Below the pieces are notes generated by a model that ran no database searches, was not told where the DNA came from, and saw nothing but the letters and a program-made list of their open reading frames with translations. The translations under genes were made by a program, and so were the position numbers. A stretch of 64,000 nucleotides of DNA. It comes from Azolla caroliniana. Lineage: Eukaryota; Plantae; Polypodiophyta. Of this stretch, positions 60,474 through 64,000 are shown one piece after another (the stretch's first letter is position 1; every line of letters starts with the position of its first letter). The DNA lies in NCBI GenBank assembly GCA_043228905.1, contig JBHGNT010000005.1, forward strand, positions 13,144,001 to 13,208,000, written 5' to 3'.

Positions 60474-62891
60474 TGTCGTGAAGAAAACCGTCCATAAGCG
60501 GAATCGGCAGACCAAGGCGTGGGAACCGGTTCCTCACGCGCGCACGCTCCAAGTCGAACATAGAAGCGAGTTAGGAGGATAATCGGCAGGAACGGGCCCT
60601 AACACGAGTGGAGACAAAGACCGCGCGAACAATCTTTTCGGTCGCGCGCGCGAGCTAAGGGACGGCACAAGTCGGCGGCGTAACTACGCGTATGCGTGAA
60701 GAACGGAGCGGATCCCTGTTCGAAAGGGACAGGGAATAAAGCTGACAGGACGGCCTGCTCGTCGGGCTATATAAGAGCAGGAAAGAGCTGTTGCAGGTAT
60801 CTCGCGCGGAGAGGACGAAGTGCTGTCGGACCGTTTCTGGACGCTTCTCTCTCTCTGTTTCCTTCCTTCTTGAGCTCCATAGCTTTCTGTGCAGGGTTCC
60901 GAGGAGGCTCGCGCTGTTTCGAGGAACGCCCGAGTGCTTCCGGCAGCCCCTTTGTGCGTTGAAGTGAACAGGCATCGGCATCTGTTCGCCGGCCTGTTCG
61001 GTTGTAACCAACCTGTGCCCCGTCGAGGGTTGTAGTCGTGTTAGCCATTTTTCTTAATACACATATTTAGTCATTCGCATCTGTCTATGTCGGTGTCTGT
61101 TCGCGTCCACCGTGCTGAAGGGCCGCGTCCCTGTGTATCCCCGGCCCTGCGTAGCCGGTTCTCTCCCTTTCTCCTCCCTCGCTTGCTCTTTGGTTCGAGA
61201 CCCCCGCGGTCCTGCCTCGTTTCCACACGCACTTGCGTAAAATCTCGACATCTTTGGTGAACCCGACGTGAAAGAGGCGGCAGAAGAGCAGAAGATGAGG
61301 GGGTCGGATCTTGCAGAGGCCATGGCTTCGGCCGTGGATCGAATTGTAAACGCGCGCGAGGGCACCGGTGCCCTCGACAGAGCTATTGAGGCGGTCGTCG
61401 GCACGATCGGCCGGTTCGATGGGAGGGATGCCACGAAGTATCTGGCGTCCTACGGTGCAGAAATGTTGATGCGGGACATTCCGGAAGAAAGGCGTCTTGC
61501 CGGATTTCCCCGAGTGGCAATGCCGAGCATCCATGCGGAGGTGCTCGAGGTGCGGGCGGAGAGCCGTACCTGGGAGGAGTTCGAAGGTCGGCTCCTAGAG
61601 AAATACGGGCTGGACGACGCGCTCCGGCTTTCGAAGCGAAGTTTCATGGAATGGGTGGAGTCCCCGGGGAAGGGAAGAAACGCGTCGGCACTCCTCCGGG
61701 AGTTCGAGGAAAACTTTGCGCGCCTTTCGGCGCTCGACCGAACCATCCTGGACACGAGCCGGGTCTTGCTGTTTGTCAAGTCGGTCGACGAGCGGGATCG
61801 GGAGCAAGTGGGCCTCTTGCTGGAAACCGAAGACGGACTCACTACCGACTGGGCGGCTGTCAAGAAAGTCTGTGGCCGTTTCGACAAACGGCGAGAATGG
61901 GCGGATAACGGGGTAACCGGGTCGGGCTCGGTCGCAGCAAGGAAGCTCGAACCAGCGCCACAGGTGCGCAAGGAAGAGACCCGGGAGTGGTTGGAAACCG
62001 GTTCGGCTTCGACCGGCGTAGTCAGAGGCTCAACCGGAGGAGCGGCGCTGGAAGAATTGACGAGGGCGGTAAAGGACCTCCAAATCGCGCAAGCCCGAAG
62101 GGAAGGTGGCGAACCGGCTCGTGACCGACGGCCGGCGGCAGGAAACAAGTGCATGTGGTGCGATGAAGTCGGCCACATTCGGAAGGACTGCGGCGACTTC
62201 GCAGAGGCGCTGAGGAACAGGGTGGTGTACCTGTGGGAAGGACGGGTGCATGCCAGCGACACCCGAAGGGCCCTGAGCCGAAACGACGGAAAGGGTGGTA
62301 TGAAAAGGTTGATGGAAGAGGCGGCGGCCCGACACGCGGAAACCGTCCACTACTCGGCGTCGGCCGGCATTCGAGTCGGGGGCGGCGAGGCCCGAAGGGA
62401 AAGCAAAGCCGGATTCTGGCCAACGATGCTGGAAGGCCTTGCCGGTGCAAGGCTTAAAGGGGAGGAATCGGACCGTGCGGAGAAACGGGTACGGGAGATG
62501 ACCGGGTGGAGCGACCCGGTCGAGGAAAGGACGGGCTTCGTGGAAGCCGCTTGCCAGAACTACGAGGCTCTGGTAGAAGAGAAGCGGGTGGGGAGACCCG
62601 GGACGACCGGGCCCTCACAACGATACGAGACCCGGTCCGGGCCACGACGGGACGAAGCCGGCGGGGCCGGTACGCAAGATAAACCCCAGAAGGGCGGGTA
62701 CCGTCTGGGGACGGAGATAGAAAGGACCACGGACTTACGAAAGGTCCTGGAAGAACGGATCCTCGACAGCAAGGTGGAGCTGTCGTTACGAGAGGTGCTG
62801 GGAATCGCCAAGAAGGAGTTCCACGACTCCATCGTGGACTTGGTGAAACGGAAGAGGCTGTCGACGGAGACAGAACTGGAAAGACCGGTGG
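60474..62891 (+). mobile_element. Phygy-like gypsy copy 5 (5' LTR, PBS, gag cut by chromovirus)
   Basis: LTR 60474-61250, PBS 61255-61271, gag from ATG 61295 nearly identical to copy 2 gag. Confidence 0.93.
61295..62891 (+). pseudogene. gag: gag interrupted by chromovirus insertion
   Basis: Aligns with 7520-9646 up to ERPV, then runs into a foreign LTR. Confidence 0.9.
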
Positions 62892-64000
62892 TGTCAGGAA
62901 CTCTATTAAGGCAGAGAAGGAATTAGTACTAAAAGAAGGATTAGTACTATTGTTGGGGAATAGTACTAAGACAGAGAAGGATTAGTACTATGAGAGGTGT
63001 CGAACTTTGAGAGAAGGAATGAGTGAGTGAGAGAGAGAGAGAGAGAGAGAGAGAATGATGATGCGAAAGATATATGTATTATATGACGGAAGATATACAA
63101 CAGTAGTTAGAAGGCTTAAGACTGGCGTTGAACCGATTTGGTTCGAACTAATGCCTTGCGCCTCCTTTTATAGTGTCTTCAGGAATACTCCTGAAGTTTC
63201 TAGAATGTTCCAGAGAAATCTGGAATATACATCAATTTCCTAATAAAACCTAAATCAAAATAATATCCTTCAAATTACAACTCATAACCTAATGGTAAAG
63301 TCTCGACCCGTGTAACAAAAGGTTATGGGTTCGAGTCTAGTTATGACACTACCCCCCCTTTAAAACGACGAGTTTCACGAGTCGTTTTGGATTGAGGACC
63401 CGGTTTCTCGGGATATCGTCGATGGAAGTCTTCAAGTCCTCACGTATAGTATTGGTAATGTCGGAATCCACGGGCATGTCAAAGATCTGTGCTGCTTGCA
63501 GTCGTGCTGGACCCAAGATTACTTGCTTCTGGTTATCGAAAGCTGGCTCACCGGGACGTGGTGTTAGATACGAACGCCGTGATAATGCATCTGCCTTCCC
63601 TTGGTGCTTCCCCGGACGATATGTAATTTTGAAGTCGAAGCGTGTGAGGAAATGGGCCCACCGAGCTTGACGTCGATTCAGTACACGAGCATCTTGAAAG
63701 TAGGCAAGGTTCTTGTGGTCACTGAATACAGTGACCTGATGAGGAGATCCCTCCAGGAAATGCCTCCATTGCATAAAAGAATCAACTATTGCTAATAGCT
63801 CTTTATCATGAATTTCGTAGTTGATTTCGGCGGCGTCAAACTTACGGGAGTGGAAAGCCACAGGATGTAGCTTCTCGTCGTTACCCTGTTGTGACAGAAT
63901 GCTCCCCAATGCGAAATCCGATGCATCAGCTTCGATAATGAATGGTTTTTCCGGATCCACATGACCTAAAATTGGAGCTGATGTAAACGCCTTCTTAAGA
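62892..64000 (-). mobile_element. Chromovirus (Tcn1-like) 3' end with integrase deletion
   Basis: LTR 62892-63348, PPT AAGGGGGGGTAG, RNase H ([29 protein letters not shown]) joined directly to the chromodomain tail [12 protein letters not shown] at ~63430. Confidence 0.9.
63285..63338 (+). promoter_or_regulatory. tRNA-derived A/B-box module at U3 start of chromovirus LTR
   Basis: A box TAACCTAATGG 63285-63295, B box GGTTCGAGTCT 63328-63338, spacing 43; antisense to the element. Confidence 0.72.

Noticed and set aside
1-64000. Host protein-coding gene
   Set aside because: Essentially every segment is accounted for by transposon parts; no exon-intron host gene evidence.

Overview
A gene-free eukaryotic, plant-type window made almost entirely of nested retrotransposons. 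The lineage mix (Phygy-like Ty3/gypsy primed by tRNA-Trp, Tcn1-like chromoviruses, Tork-like copia) suggests a bryophyte, which is an inference. I resolved about 20 insertions, many with exact LTR ends, PBS, PPT and TSD. They include two apparently intact young elements (gypsy 3288-10361, copia 16637-21989), an Athila/Selgy-like gypsy with an extra ~970-codon ORF (31370-41371), two pol-less gag-only elements, several degenerate copia, a LINE fragment, three solo LTRs and a MITE. Four signals stand out. (1) The Athila-like element has no polypurine tract; in its place is a copy of a tRNA-Arg 3' end including CCA, i.e. a second, inward-facing PBS. (2) tRNA-type A/B-box modules with near-constant spacing, plus one 5S-rRNA-derived module, lie antisense in the U3 of LTRs from two different gypsy lineages. 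(3) A conserved, covarying GGAUUUU-stop-pseudoknot -1 frameshift signal lies between Gag-PR and RT-RH-IN. (4) The 4-bp target sites of the tRNA-Trp gypsy family appear CpG-centred. Lineage names and tRNA identities come from recall of known families, not from database searches.
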